A DNA stretch of 64,000 nt, from NCBI GenBank assembly GCA_030141605.1, contig JAQGDQ010000310.1:124001-188000 (forward strand), written 5' to 3'. Positions within the stretch are counted from its first letter, which is position 1. Every line of letters begins with the position of its first letter. This document shows, in pieces, positions 25,001 through 36,289 of this stretch. This DNA is from Tubiluchus corallicola. Taxonomy: Eukaryota > Animalia > Priapulida. Under the pieces are notes generated by a model that worked only from the letters and a program-made list of their open reading frames with translations, made no database searches and was not told where the DNA came from. Both the position numbers and the translations under genes were made by a program.

Positions 25001-28000
25001 TGGCATACCTCCGCAAGCATCTGTACCGCCAGCGCGACCCAACGTCGACGTTTTGCTCGAGGATCTGGATAACGCCGTGACTGAAGAAAGGTTAGACATC
25101 GTGTTTGTTTTTCAAAGTGTTCAATGGTAGCTAGTTTAACTGCAAATTGACAGACGAATTTTGGAAGGACGGCACAGATGTGGAGAGAAACTGAAGCTAG
25201 TGGTAGTGGCGGCTCATAGCCAGAATTAGTGGCTGGCGCATAAAAATTTTGTTGCCGTTATTGTAATATAATGCAGTATAATTGTGTAAAACGAAACAAA
25301 CAAACGAAAAGAAAATTTAGACATAAACAAAAAAATATTTTTTACTTACTAATAGCCTAAATTGTTACATGGTTCGTCCATTTAAAAATTAAATCTATTT
25401 GTGTGTGTAACCACGTGTATATCTCTATGTATAAAAATATAGAATCATTCGTGCAGAGTTATTTGTATGTAACTACAAAGTCAAAGTATTTTTTGTATTT
25501 GTTTGTATCCCGTATTCTCTATCCTGTTGTTTTTTCTTCAGCTTCCATGCTATGTTCGTATGAACAGATCAGCCAAAATAGACAAACTATATATCACATC
25601 TGGGTAATATTTTGCCGATTTTACTTTTTCGTATTCTTCAGCAAGTCTAATGTTTCGTTGTACCTGCACATGTTACAGATCATCTAGCTATCACCAGGAA
25701 TCCTATCGAACGGACGCACATGCACACGAACACAGTAGCTATTCCACTCATCAGCAAGAGGTTTCTTCAGCTTCGAACGCGACCCGCGAACTAGACGACC
25801 TGATGGCTTCGCTTTCCGATTTTAAGGTGAGGATGGCTCCGGGTTCTTCGTGCTTTGCTTTTACCTAATGAGTACGTCATCTCATTTTAATCAGGCTGGG
25901 TTTTGAAAGTTAGGCAACACTAGTTTCGGGTAAGTAGTTGGATAAAGTGATCAGGAAAGATGCAAACACAGTTGATTCTTGCACATGTGAACAAAACCTG
26001 CTGCCATTGCCAGAGAACAAGCCCAAGGTGTGCTTTAGCATTCTGACGTCATCCATTATACTCTGCTTATAACCTTATAACTTTAATTCAATAAAAGCTG
26101 CTATAGGCTTTGCGTTATAAATGGGGACTACGTAGAATGTTCCTGTACTATTGATTATAAGTGTATTTATACGCAAAATTTTTTGCGGGGTCTTTGCTAG
26201 CGTTGATTTGTTACGATCATATTACCGAGACTGGCCGCACTATGATACAATAATATCTTGTCTCAATGCATTTTTGTGATTAATGCAAGTATTCGTTGAA
26301 CACCTTATTACAGGAGAGGTGCATGTATTTAGATTCAGTATTTGGTTTCTAAGATTTTTGTATGGTGTAGCTCATGGCAGGCAAGCAGCCTCTTGGCTCA
26401 TGTTTTGTGGCTCATGCACCCTCGGGCGCACGCCCACAGAATTTCTTAAGAAAAAAAATGGCTAAATAAATTTTTTGCAGTAAACCAAGAAACACATCAA
26501 CCCCTTGTTTGTTTGCGCAATCCCCGAGCAGTCAGCTCATTTTTAGCTAACTGTAACTGCACTTCTGCATTTAGGGGGTGGGCCCACGGTAGTAGTGAAA
26601 TTATGAGTCACGAGTTTTAGACGACATAATGAGTTTAGACTAGTGAACTTGCCTGAGGAAATAGCTTCTAGCAACCACAAAATGGTCTAAAACGCAGTAA
26701 AATGCATGTGTGGCCGAGACATTCTACCGTTTAGCTGTGTCTGGTGGGAGAAATTAGCACGCATGCAAACTAATTAAATTTTGTATGAACTGTGGGTGGG
26801 CTGCAAACTTAACAGTCTCAAATCAGTTTTGTATTTGACTAGGATAGATTTGACCATGTTTTGCTGGATAGACAACCTTGACACTAAATAAATTAAGCTT
26901 AAGTAATGGGTCATCCGCATTGCAGTGCATTACGAACTTGCTGTTAAGATATGTGACTACTATAATAGAATACAATGAATATTACCTAGGTAAATGTGGA
27001 TAAAGTATATTTACTAAATGCAGAATTTTTCACGCTCGAGTAAGTCTATGTACTAGAATTTATATCTCATTTGAGGCCTCCAAAATGTGCTTAAAATGCA
27101 GGAAAATGCATTGGTAGTGGCCCCAAACCCCCTAGCTGATTGTGCATCAAATTTTTTAAACTCCGACAGCGCCAATGCATGCACCCCTCTCATCTGTGGT
27201 CCTTCCCCGTATTTACCCCACCAATGTAAGTTGGTACCTTTGCTCTATTATTATTAGCTAATTATTTTGCTCTGTTTATCATTTCTATCCAGGTACAGCA
27301 AAAAGAGGAACCCTCCTATGCAAAGCCACAGAAGAAGCCAAAACCCCAGCAACTGCCTCAACCCCAGCCTAGCCCCGCCCCGGAGAAGCCGCCAAACGAA
27401 CTGGACTCCATGCTCGGTTCCCTGCAGGGCGAGATGAGCAGGCAGGGCATCAAAACGACGGCTAAAGGTCACTGTGCCGAATGTGGCAAACCCATTGTTG
27501 GACAGGTATGTAGAAACAATGCAATATGTTGAGTGTGGCAAACCCATTGTTGGAGAGGTGTGTAGAAACAATGCAATATGTTGAGTGTGGCAAACCCATT
27601 GTTGTTGGACAGGTGTGTAGAAACAATGCAATATGTTGAGTGTGGCAAACCCATTGTTGGAGAGGTGTGTAGAAACAATGCAATATGTTGAGTGTGGCAA
27701 ACCCATTGTTGTTGGACAGGTGTGTAGAAACAATGCAATATGTTGAGTGTGGCAAACCCATTGTTGGAGAGGTGTGTAGAAACAATGCAATATGTTGAGT
27801 GTGGCAAACCCATTGTTGGAGAGGTGTGTAGAAACAATGCAATATGTTGAGTGTGGCAAACCCATTTTCAACAAATGTTGTTCAATTAACATTTTCACTA
27901 TTTTCTTAGTAGCATGCATGTAGTTTGAAATGTGCTTACATTCATTCATTAACTCACTTGTATTTTTAAGCAGACACTCATTGCTTTCTATTCTATCACA

Positions 28001-29542
28001 AAGGTACATGGTCGTTGTAGACTATTGTACTATGGTTTGAACTTCATTAGATCTATGGGATAGCAGTGCGTTGATTATTCTGTATTTCAATAAACAGCTT
28101 TCTGGGATTACCACTAAATGTCTGCTTTAGATGATCTGTTGGAAAACATGATGGTCGTAATAAACTTATTTGCAGGGGGTGCGTTTACCATTTGGCTAAC
28201 TAGGGTGTAACCTAGGGCGACAGATTTTTTGAGTGCAGGGGTTAAAAAATTCTTATTCTTATAATTCTCCTCAGAAGATGCTCATGTTGTCGTGCTTCCT
28301 GTTAAACTCTCATGCCATTTGAATAGTTTTGGGCAGTTTTGAAAAGCATCTATAGACCAGCAAGTTTTTTTTTACCTTACTGTTCTTGGCGGTTGCTAAA
28401 AGTTTCGTAGACGTAGATGCGATCAGTCTCCATATTACAGAAGTACAGTTTACGCAATTAATACATGAATGCTTTGACATCACAAGTAGTGGCACAGCTT
28501 CTTTACAGATGAGTTGTAGTTTCACCTAGTTAATATTAACCACATGGTTGGTAACGTAACAATGCTACTAATACGCCACAAGCAGTTTTTCTTTTTAGTC
28601 ATTATATATAAGTAGCCATAAAGGGGATTGTCCTGACTGAATTATCAGCTCAGGGCGTCTATATATCTTCATACGCCCATCTTAATTTGTGTTGTTGATA
28701 TTCTGCAAACCTTTGTTGTAAACTTGGAGCTCTACTAAAATGTTTCAGCTCGAACCTCCCAACTCAATATGTCTCTTTTAGCATCCAGTGTTACGTAGGA
28801 ATATAGGTAGTACTAGGCACATAATAGTTTTTGCAAGATCAGTTTGCTGTTCAATATCTGTGGCATTATGCAAATGTACTATTTTTTCACTTTAAATCTT
28901 TGCCCTTATACAGCCAACTATTACTATAATTAACTCACCGTCACTTGTTGTACCGGGTTATAATCTAGTCACATATGGCTCTCATAGTTTCTGCATAGCG
29001 GCACCAGAATTATGGAATGATTCACCAATTCACGCACGTAAAAGCAATAATGTTCAAAAGTTCAAATCATTCCTTAAAACATTCTTTTATAAAGAAGCCA
29101 TTTCGGTTAATTAGAAATTTAATATGGACTTATGGATTTAATTACGGCTGATTTTTTTTACATTTATTATGAGTTTAGTTTTATTTATAACAGCCTATTG
29201 TATATGTACTGTTTATGTGTTAATATTTGAAGTAAGATGCATTTGTCCATTTTTAATGTTAATGCATTTTAAATATTCAATAAATTATTAATTACCAAAA
29301 TGCTTACAGGTCCAACATTATGTGGCGTTGTGTCTAGCACTTTTTTAAGTTTAAGCGGTTTAAAATCGCCGTCTTCCAAAGTTAACTTGTAAGTAAAACC
29401 TGAACAAACTGGCGTCTTTTGAGCACACTTATTGGTACAAATTGGCCTTACACGGGTTTACAAAGATTTTTATTACACTGTCTTAAACTTAAGTTGTGAA
29501 GTGGAATACTCATTAGACAGTTTTGGTTATTCACTGGTGTAC

Positions 29543-29574
<32 letters not shown>

Positions 29575-32500
29575 CTTTATTTAAAGTCGGCTTTTGGGTC
29601 AACAATTAACATTAGCTCAAAGAGCTATTACCGCCGACTGTAAATAACAACCTACAGATACATAACAGAGACTATTATTACCCCACTTTTACCCTAAATA
29701 CCACGCGTCAGGCAGGGCAACAGCAGGTACCATTTTTAAAGTCTTTGGTATGACCCGGCCGCTGGTTCGAACTCACGACCTTCCAGACGGAAAGCAGACG
29801 TATTACCACCTAAACCGTCTGGTACTTGAATAGCTACCACACTGCTAGTTATTAGTTAACAACGATTGTGGACAGTTTATGCTTATACTCATTGTTTGCA
29901 ATGCTAGATAGTTTTTGTAGTAAGAATTTTCACTGCTGGAGGGTCTATCATTTAACGATCCTTTGTGAACAATGAGAAATTTCACTCAAAGGAAAGATTT
30001 GTTTGCGCTCGGGACAGTTATCTCGCCTCGGTTGATTGTCTATTTCCCCTTGAATTAATTGAACCGTTTTGCACACAAGCAATTTGAATTCATGTGCTTC
30101 GTAGACTTTGATGTCTGCAGTTTTGCACTACACAGTTCTCTTGGGAGTCTCTAATTCATGCACTGTGTACATAGCAATTTAATTTGATTTTTGCAGCAGT
30201 GTATACAGTAGCATATAATTTGCCATTGCTATATTATTATCATCCTCCTGCAGTCATTTTCAAACACCGATGGAAAATGCTGATTAAAAGTGATACAATA
30301 AAATTATTCATGCAATAATCAATGGCGGCTCATAGATAAAATTAGTGGCGGCTCATAGATAAAATTAAAAAAATTTTAGCCATTGTTTTAATACTGTGTA
30401 AAATGAAACAAATGTGCGTAATTATAATGTTGTATTTGTGATTTTAAACAAAGAAACTAATTTATACATAAACTTGATAAACTCCTAAACAAAAAATGTT
30501 GTTTTCTTACAAATAGCCTAAATTGTCCCAGTTCAAGAATATGATACGCGGCTTTTAAACACGTGACAACTGACAACACGTACTGCAGTAAGCGACAGTA
30601 CTCTTTCTACCTAAAGTACAGCGTCTTATCTCAGACATGTGTGCATGGCCGCATGTGCACAGCAGCCAAACACCACTTTGCTTGACCTGTGAAGCAAATT
30701 GTACTACCCTGATGTGCTCCGGTTCCACAAAGTATAAAGAAAGAATTAAAGTAGAAATACTTATTACATTGAATTTTATCGATAATAATGAGTGAAAACA
30801 GGGGGTGCTGCAGTACCACAGCACCTACACACGACCGCCACTGGCAATAATTAATTCATCAGGAGTGCAGTCTGGACTTTTTCGTTTTAAATTTTGCTCT
30901 GAGTTTGTGAAGTTTAATATATGACGAGTCTGATTGGTCAGTCAGCAGCAGGGGCATGTAGTTTAGCATCTACACTGGCACAAAAGTCTTTCCAAGCTAA
31001 TTAACTATAGTGCAAACGGTACGTAGGAAGCTCCTCCAGTGATGTGAGATGTATGTGACCAAGGAAACTGAGCTGTTCAAAGGTCGAGTTTGCTAAGAAT
31101 TGAGGGAATTGAGGTTAAAAATCGATCAATTTTGCTTTGATCACAGGGTCCCATATATGCGAGGTAATTTACCTGGGTTTCTATTTCTAAGGGACCTGAA
31201 GATATCATCCCTTATAACCGAAAGTCCCTTGTATCCGAGTACCTTATATACGAAGATTTTTCTAAGGAAAAACGTTACGAAAAATCGGGACCGGTGTTGA
31301 TGGTCCATTATAAGTGAGTGTCCGTTATAAGCGAGTACCTTATACCTTGGGGTGACTGTATGTATGTACAGTGTCATTATAATTTCATGTCATGTGACTA
31401 AAGCAGTAAACATCTAACTAATGTGTGTGTAACTTGCCGAACTAAATGCAATTGTAAAATCCCTCCCAGGCTTTTCATGCCTAGATCATCATGCTACTCA
31501 AAAATGTCAAGGTTGTCTTGTAGTTATTCTGTAACAGCAAGCATAGATTACTAAACTTAGTGGTGTGGTCTTGTTTCTTCCAGATGGTGACCGCATTGGG
31601 CAGAACGTGGCATCCGGAACATTTCATGTGCGCCCACTGCGGAATCGAACTCGGAACGCAGAATTTCTTCGAGCGGGACAGCAAGCCATTCTGCGAACAC
31701 GATTACCACCAGCTGTTTTCACCCAAATGCGCCTACTGCGGCCACCCTATTCTTGATGTAATTATACGTTTTTCACGGCAAATGATTTATGAGTCCTTGA
31801 GTACACCTCATGGATTTGTCATTAATATTATAGTTTGCTGCTTCATTAGAAAAACTTTCTGATGAATATTAATCAGATTTGGTGTGATTAATTTTTTATT
31901 AATTTTGTAAACTGAAATTACATGGTTAATAATCAATGGTTGCATTGTTGCTTTCATTTATGCTTGTTTCTCCTTGGCAGAGGTGACACATTGTATGATT
32001 GATGAGAACATTGTTCAAATAGTGAAGTGTTTTTTTTTTGACCCCGGGAGATTTGCATGCTTGCAAAGCAAAACCGTCCATAAGTCGGCATAGTTAAAAC
32101 TACGTTATGATGCTTCAAAGTAGAATGAACCAAAAAATTTGGTCAAATGTGAATTTTTTTGTTTTTTTGTAAAAACAAACTTTTGGGTTTTTTCTATTGC
32201 CAAGCCCAGATCTTTGTCATGAAGAGCCATCTACTGGATTTAAACATAACTTCAATCTGCTCTTGCAAAGTCCATAGCAACCAACTTTCGTACGGTTGCT
32301 AAGTGTTTTGTAGAAACGCGACAAAAAACAATGGCTAACTTTAACAGTGATTTTCTCAAGATTACGTTTTTCAGTGTGCAGCCTGCACCTCAACTTCAAT
32401 GTGGATTATCTCAGGTTAGAAATAGCATAGAATGATGAACTTGGTATCAAAATGATCCTAATGAAATGGAGATTCAATAACATACATTTTTGCTATGCAA

Positions 32501-34759
32501 GCATACATTTAGTGATTGGCTAAGCAGTTTAGAGAAACGCTCAAGATGAAAATGCATAGAGTAAATGTGCAGAAAAACCGAAAAATCAGTAAATTCCTGT
32601 TTATCATTAGAAGATTTTGAAATTCGCTTTGAACTTAGTACAGCCAAACCCCGCTCTATACTGCCCACTTTGGGCCTGCAGAAAAAGTCGGTGTTAACAG
32701 AGTTTGGCACTAGAATGAGATGCATTGATACGTAAATGTTTATGCAAGCATAGATACTTTGTTTTGGCAAAAATTTGACGTTAAACGACATTGATATTGT
32801 AAAGAGGGCATTATAATGATTGTATGACTATTTTTTTATATCTTTTGTGTCTATCAAATTAATCAACAATAATTACAATTCCCTTTGTGATTAGCTTGTA
32901 CTGTTAATGTTGTTACAGAAATGCGTCACAGCTTTAGACAAAACCTGGCATCCGGAGCACTTCTTTTGCGCTCAGTGCGGCGGCCCTTTCGGGGAAGAGG
33001 GTTTTCACGAAAAGGATGGAAGGGCGTACTGCCGCCAAGATTATTTCGAAATGTTTGCGCCCAAGTGCGGCGCGTGCAATCGACCAATCATGGAGAATTA
33101 TATATCGGCACTGAGTGCTCAGTGGCACCCCGAGTGCTTTGTGTGCATGGTAAGTGTTTTGCATAAATTAATTAGCATATTTGTTGTGTTTTATTGGTAC
33201 CTTAAATTAGATAAGTATATTAGCACTTCAACGGCAATTAAAAATTGAAATTATATGCTGCTTGACACATTAATTAGTCAAGTATTTTCAGTGGGTACTG
33301 ATTTTACTGAGAAGTGGTGCTGACAAGCCACTGACATAGGAGTGTCTTGCTTTTTGCTGGATTGTTACTGTATTTACCTGTTGGAAGGGCAGATTTCTTT
33401 TAGTCTTGAATTCTGCCTGCCAAATGTCTGCAACAGATGGGAATATGTTGATTTAACCACAAGCACAGCTCTAACTATTTCTTTGTTAATTCACATCTGA
33501 TTCGCATTTTATACACAAAAATGTGCGAACCATAACACAGTAACACTTGATAATATCACAAACGTGTAACAGATGCTACACAGCAAATCACTTAATGGCT
33601 TTTAGCTTTTGTTGGACTGTATGAATTCAGGTGAATTTGTTCATTGAAATTTGTACTTAGTGCATCGAATTGCATTCTTTAATGTTTAATAGGCAATTTC
33701 TATTAATTATTCACTCACTCATGATGACACCTCTGTAGACCTACCAACTCTCACTCATTAGGCATGTGTCACACGCATTTTAAGTCTTTCACACACAAGC
33801 TTGGCTTCCTTTGCTACCAGTACCAATTTTTAAGTTTAGAATAAATAAATTTAGACATGGATATAATTAAATTAGATCATTTATTTCAAAGAATTGGTAT
33901 TTCAAACGGGAAACAAAGAAAAACCTATGCTTCCTCGTGTTCAGCCTGTGCAGTAACCCCAATCTTTTTTCTAACCATTATCGAAGCCAAATCCATAGAT
34001 AAGGAATAATAAGTTAGAATCCGACATTTCCACTGACCACAACACAGTAGCATTCATGAATCGCACAATGTATATTACATTGAAGGGTATTTATAATTAC
34101 TGAAAATTAAAGCACTTTTGGCTGCTATTTCATATGTGTAAAAGAACGTATTTATATGTAAAGCATAGTGACCTGCAAAACAGCATGAAAAAGCTCTGTA
34201 GTATCAAGTATTTCCATTTTTTGCGTTAATTTTTTTTGATAATTTAAATTTGATACCAAAGAAAAAGATAAAATCTCTGGGCATTGCTAGCTCCTGCCTG
34301 TGGTGAGTTGATCCCTAGACTTTCTGCGTTTCACACGTATTTTAACCTCAAATGGTTGGAACATCATTTTTCAAATTTCTAAATCCGTTTTCGTTATTAA
34401 AACCCAGTAACAGACCTGGTGTTATTTTACGAGCAAAATTGAAGATGGGTTTCATTTTCTCATTTGTTAATTGACCTATTTTCTTATTGCAGGAATGCCA
34501 CATGCCATTCAATGGTGGTTCATTCTTTGACCACGAAGGCATGCCTTACTGTGAGACCCATTACCACGCCAAGCGCGGTTCTCTGTGCGCCGGCTGCGGT
34601 AAACCGGTGACCGGCCGATGCATCACTGCCATGTACCGCAAATTCCACCCGGAGCATTTTGTGTGCGCGTTCTGCCTAAAGCAGCTAAACAAGGGAACGT
34701 TCAAAGAACAGAACGACAAGCCGTACTGTCACCAGTGCTTCGCTAAACTTTTTGGGTGA
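4041..34759 (+). CDS. PXN: Paxillin, complete spliced CDS (9 exons, 1476 nt, about 491 aa)
   Basis: join(4041-4053,21380-21498,23733-23946,24994-25090,25679-25826,27293-27505,31584-31757,32919-33149,34493-34759). All introns are GT-AG with matching phases. LD motifs: [40 protein letters not shown]. Four tandem LIM domains end in KLFG*. Confidence 0.95.
5188..5572. mobile_element. hAT-type MITE
   Basis: Perfect 15-bp TIR CAGGGCCTATTTCAG and perfect 8-bp TSD GTGCTAGT (5180-5187 and 5573-5580). Confidence 0.92.
6786..7169. mobile_element. Probable MITE
   Basis: Imperfect 24-bp inverted termini AGGGCCGTCCAGAAAAAAACATTC and GAACGTTTTTTTCTGTACGACCCT. No clear TSD. Confidence 0.5.
9769..10285. mobile_element. 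Kolobok-like non-autonomous element, family B (partial)
   Basis: Starts TTAA|AGGAAGACGGGATGATTTTTCAT. Related copies at 11241-11808 (inverted), about 17243-17390, 18931-20442 and about 44196-44370. Confidence 0.7.
10810..11140. repeat. Purine-rich (GA)n low-complexity tract
   Basis: About 330 bp of nearly pure GA/GGA/GAGT repeats. Confidence 0.9.
11241..11808. mobile_element. Kolobok-like non-autonomous element, family B (near full length)
   Basis: TTAA on both sides (11237-11240 and 11809-11812). It is a reverse-complement homolog of 9769-10285. Confidence 0.7.
12741..13135. mobile_element. hAT-like MITE family (CAGGGGCGT...TACGCCCCTG termini)
   Basis: Homologous to 38752-39069 and to partial copies at about 24570-24775 and 28172-28680. 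Confidence 0.65.
14941..15996. repeat. Minisatellite, 56-bp unit, about 19 copies
   Basis: Unit TACTTACGTATTGATCCAATGAGCTGATCTAGGTAACAATGGTGTACCTTACCACA. Copies are near-identical with no spacers. Confidence 0.97.
16845..17148. repeat. Direct tandem duplication of about 151 bp
   Basis: The segment GGCTTCAACTGTCACACTGGGACT...GAACTGGTCAACAG occurs twice. Similar two-copy duplications are at about 1843-1926, 7900-8218 and 36915-37152. Confidence 0.85.
18931..20442. mobile_element. Fold-back Kolobok-like element containing a nested family A insertion (18987-19532)
   Basis: TTAA|AGGAAAACCGGACCCAAT...ATTGGGTCCGGTTTTGCT|TTAA. Long inverted arms at about 19537-19875 and 20003-20395. The inner element has its own TTAA duplication. 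Confidence 0.8.
20986..21105 (-). mobile_element. LINE (CR1/L2 group) 3' terminal fragment
   Basis: GGGTGGCTGAC motif followed by AATAAA and a (TTGAA)n tail on the minus strand. Similar ends at about 8905-9030 (-) and 14260-14385 (+). Confidence 0.5.
21380..21498 (+). CDS. PXN: Paxillin exon 2 (rest of LD1)
   Basis: Acceptor TTTCAG|AT, peptide [16 protein letters not shown]...EEYDKQ, donor CAG|GTAGCT. Confidence 0.9.
21606..22115 (-). mobile_element. CR1-like LINE 3' fragment
   Basis: The minus strand translates as [38 protein letters not shown], the typical CR1 ORF2 C-terminus, followed by a 3' UTR ending in AATAAAG and a simple-repeat tail. Confidence 0.7.
23131..23407. mobile_element. 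pogo/Tigger-like MITE
   Basis: 22-bp TIR CAGTGAGTCCTCGCTTAACGAC (20/22 match) with a TA TSD. A partial second copy starts at about 39226. Confidence 0.85.
23733..23946 (+). CDS. PXN: Paxillin exon 3 (LD2)
   Basis: SHDPQG...[14 protein letters not shown]...NKS, with acceptor TTTCAG| and donor CAG|GTAACC. Confidence 0.9.
24135..24570. mobile_element. Single arm of the Kolobok-like element found complete at 61196-62429
   Basis: Starts TTAA|AGCACAAGAA and aligns by eye to 61196-61580. Confidence 0.7.
24994..25090 (+). CDS. PXN: Paxillin exon 4 (LD3), missed by the ORF track
   Basis: [32 protein letters not shown]. Phase 1 in and phase 2 out bridge exons 3 and 5 exactly. Confidence 0.88.
25679..25826 (+). 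CDS. PXN: Paxillin exon 5 (LD4)
   Basis: Ends [20 protein letters not shown], with donor AAG|GTGAGG. Confidence 0.95.
27293..27505 (+). CDS. PXN: Paxillin exon 6 (LD5 and start of LIM1), missed by the ORF track
   Basis: [12 protein letters not shown]...[37 protein letters not shown], with donor CAG|GTATGT. Confidence 0.95.
27479..27866 (+). repeat. Tandem repeat (52/55-bp unit, about 7.3 copies) built from the exon 6/intron junction
   Basis: Unit GAGTGTGGCAAACCCATTGTTGGA(C/G)AG|GT(A/G)TGTAGAAACAATGCAATATGTT. Confidence 0.97.
28920..29292 (+). mobile_element. L2-like LINE 3' fragment
   Basis: Translates as [42 protein letters not shown], the L2 ORF2 C-terminal signature, followed by an AT-rich UTR and AATAAA. 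Confidence 0.75.
29545..29821 (-). mobile_element. tRNA-derived SINE
   Basis: On the minus strand: A-box-like CGGTTTAGGTGG, B box GAGTTCGAACC, core GGGTCATACCAAAGACTTTAAAAATGGTACC, and an AATAAAGA(TTA)n tail. Possible TSD GTACTT. Confidence 0.85.
30320..30843. mobile_element. hAT-type MITE
   Basis: Termini CAATGGCGG...CCGCCACTG with perfect 8-bp TSD GCAATAAT. A related partial copy is at about 25203-25380. Confidence 0.85.
31140..31358. mobile_element. pogo/Tigger-like MITE fragment
   Basis: Ends GGGGTGACTG|TA with repeated CCTTATA motifs. An inverted partial copy is at about 36403-36507. Confidence 0.55.
31584..31757 (+). CDS. PXN: Paxillin exon 7 (LIM1 to LIM2)
   Basis: [19 protein letters not shown]...[10 protein letters not shown] with canonical splice sites, phase 0/0. 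Confidence 0.97.
32919..33149 (+). CDS. PXN: Paxillin exon 8 (LIM2 to LIM3)
   Basis: [20 protein letters not shown]...WHPECFVCM, with donor ATG|GTAAGT. Confidence 0.97.
34493..34759 (+). CDS. PXN: Paxillin exon 9 (LIM3 to LIM4, stop)
   Basis: [16 protein letters not shown]...[13 protein letters not shown] followed by TGA. Confidence 0.97.
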   Translation, partial: ECHMPFNGGSFFDHEGMPYCETHYHAKRGSLCAGCGKPVTGRCITAMYRKFHPEHFVCAFCLKQLNKGTFKEQNDKPYCHQCFAKLFG

Positions 34760-35923
34760 ACGGATGGGGCCAGGAGAAATGATTTTTTTTGACAGTCCTT
34801 CCTCGGATGAATAATCTGTTTACCTCATCATTGGTGAAAACTGTATCTTTTGTATTATTGCAGTATAAAAAATTTTTTTGTACTGTGTGCACAGTGGCTG
34901 TTTGAGTAGCGATGGTAACTAGAACAACAAAACCCTTCTCAAATACCCCCGAAAATTGTGAAATAGCACCCTTATGGCCAGCCTTTGCTAACAAATTTTT
35001 CGTATACCAAGCATTTCGCGTCAAAATGGTTCCAAACATCTGGCTTTGCTTTTCGTATCCACACAATTCTATACAAAGGTGGCTGCGCGTCTTAGTGCAA
35101 TTTGACTGTCGAACGTGTAAAGTATTGCAAAAGTATCATGAAACGATCAGCTCAGGTAGATTTTGTACATTGCAACCTGTTCACTGCAAATTCTAATTGA
35201 ATTCTAAATCAGCACTGGCGCAACAGTAAATTTGATTTTAGTTTGGCAAGCAGGATTTGTCACTTTTTTCGCATTTGTTAAAGATTGCTTACGTAACCCC
35301 TTTGTTCGTGGTGACTGCCGGGATGAAATTAATAACTACACGTGGACCTGTGATGGTGGCTACACACGGTGTGATGGTTCGTAGTTTTTTGTAGTATACT
35401 TATTTTTATACTAAGGCATGTATTGTTGCATCACGTGTGGTGAGGTGTTAACTGTTAGGTACTTTACTACGCAAATGTACTTTATTACATGCGAGATATT
35501 GCATTTGGCTGCTAACACTTCTCAGTTATCGGTATAAAGGGGATAACAATTTGCAGTACTGTAAGCTTAGTAAAAACATTTTTATATACTGTAAGTATTC
35601 GTATTGTTACATACAGTTTGTACATCATCGTTTTTGCTTGTCTTTAATAATTTGCTAAAGGCTGTTGCAGTGAATATCCCAGGCCATTTTATTAAGGTAT
35701 GAGATGAGATAAATATGTAATTTTGGCAGTTTATCGAGTGCCCCCATACAGGCACTCGTAACTATTTAAGCTGTACGTTCGTAATTAATGTAGTTGAAAT
35801 TACAATTTGTCTTATGTTGTGTGCTACAGCCATTTATTTGTATCAGAGAAGTTTGTTAGGTTATTAACAATCAAAACTCTAATGACTTCATCTTGATTTC
35901 TGATGGTATTGAGTATCTTAAAC

Positions 35924-36289
35924 TAGGGGCGAGCATTCTCTACCAGAAAGCGAATACGAATCGAACCAAATTTCAGTATTTCAAATCCGAATCAAGTATG
36001 AGAGATTTTCGAACAAGTTTTAGAACCACTAGTAAAAAGTGGTCGTACCAAAATCATGCACATTGGGTGATTTTGTTCTGCAATAAAACCTTTATTAGTT
36101 GCTTAAAAATTTTGCACAGAAACTGCAGCTAAATTGTGCTAATAGCATGATGTTTCAAGCATTTTAATAATAAAGAACGTATGTAGCCGAGGTACTGAAT
36201 TATTCAAATCTATAATTTTAAGTTCGAATCCGATTCAAACTGAAAAAAACTCGTTCGAAACGAATTTGAACGTTCGATGCTCACCCCTC
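35924..36289. mobile_element. hAT-type MITE family rich in TTCGAA motifs
   Basis: Consensus TIR TAGGGGTGAGCAT. Other copies: 43584-43923 (TSD CAGATCAT/CAGATGAT), 51615-51991 (inverted, TSD GTAAAGGG/GTAAAGTG) and a truncated one at about 22118-22365. Confidence 0.85.

Noticed and set aside
27254-28009. 251-aa minus-strand ORF with His/Cys repeats
   Set aside because: It is the antisense reading of paxillin exon 6 and the junction tandem repeat.
29760-29821. tRNA gene suggested by the B box GTTCGAA
   Set aside because: No complete cloverleaf is present and the sequence continues into a SINE body and tail.
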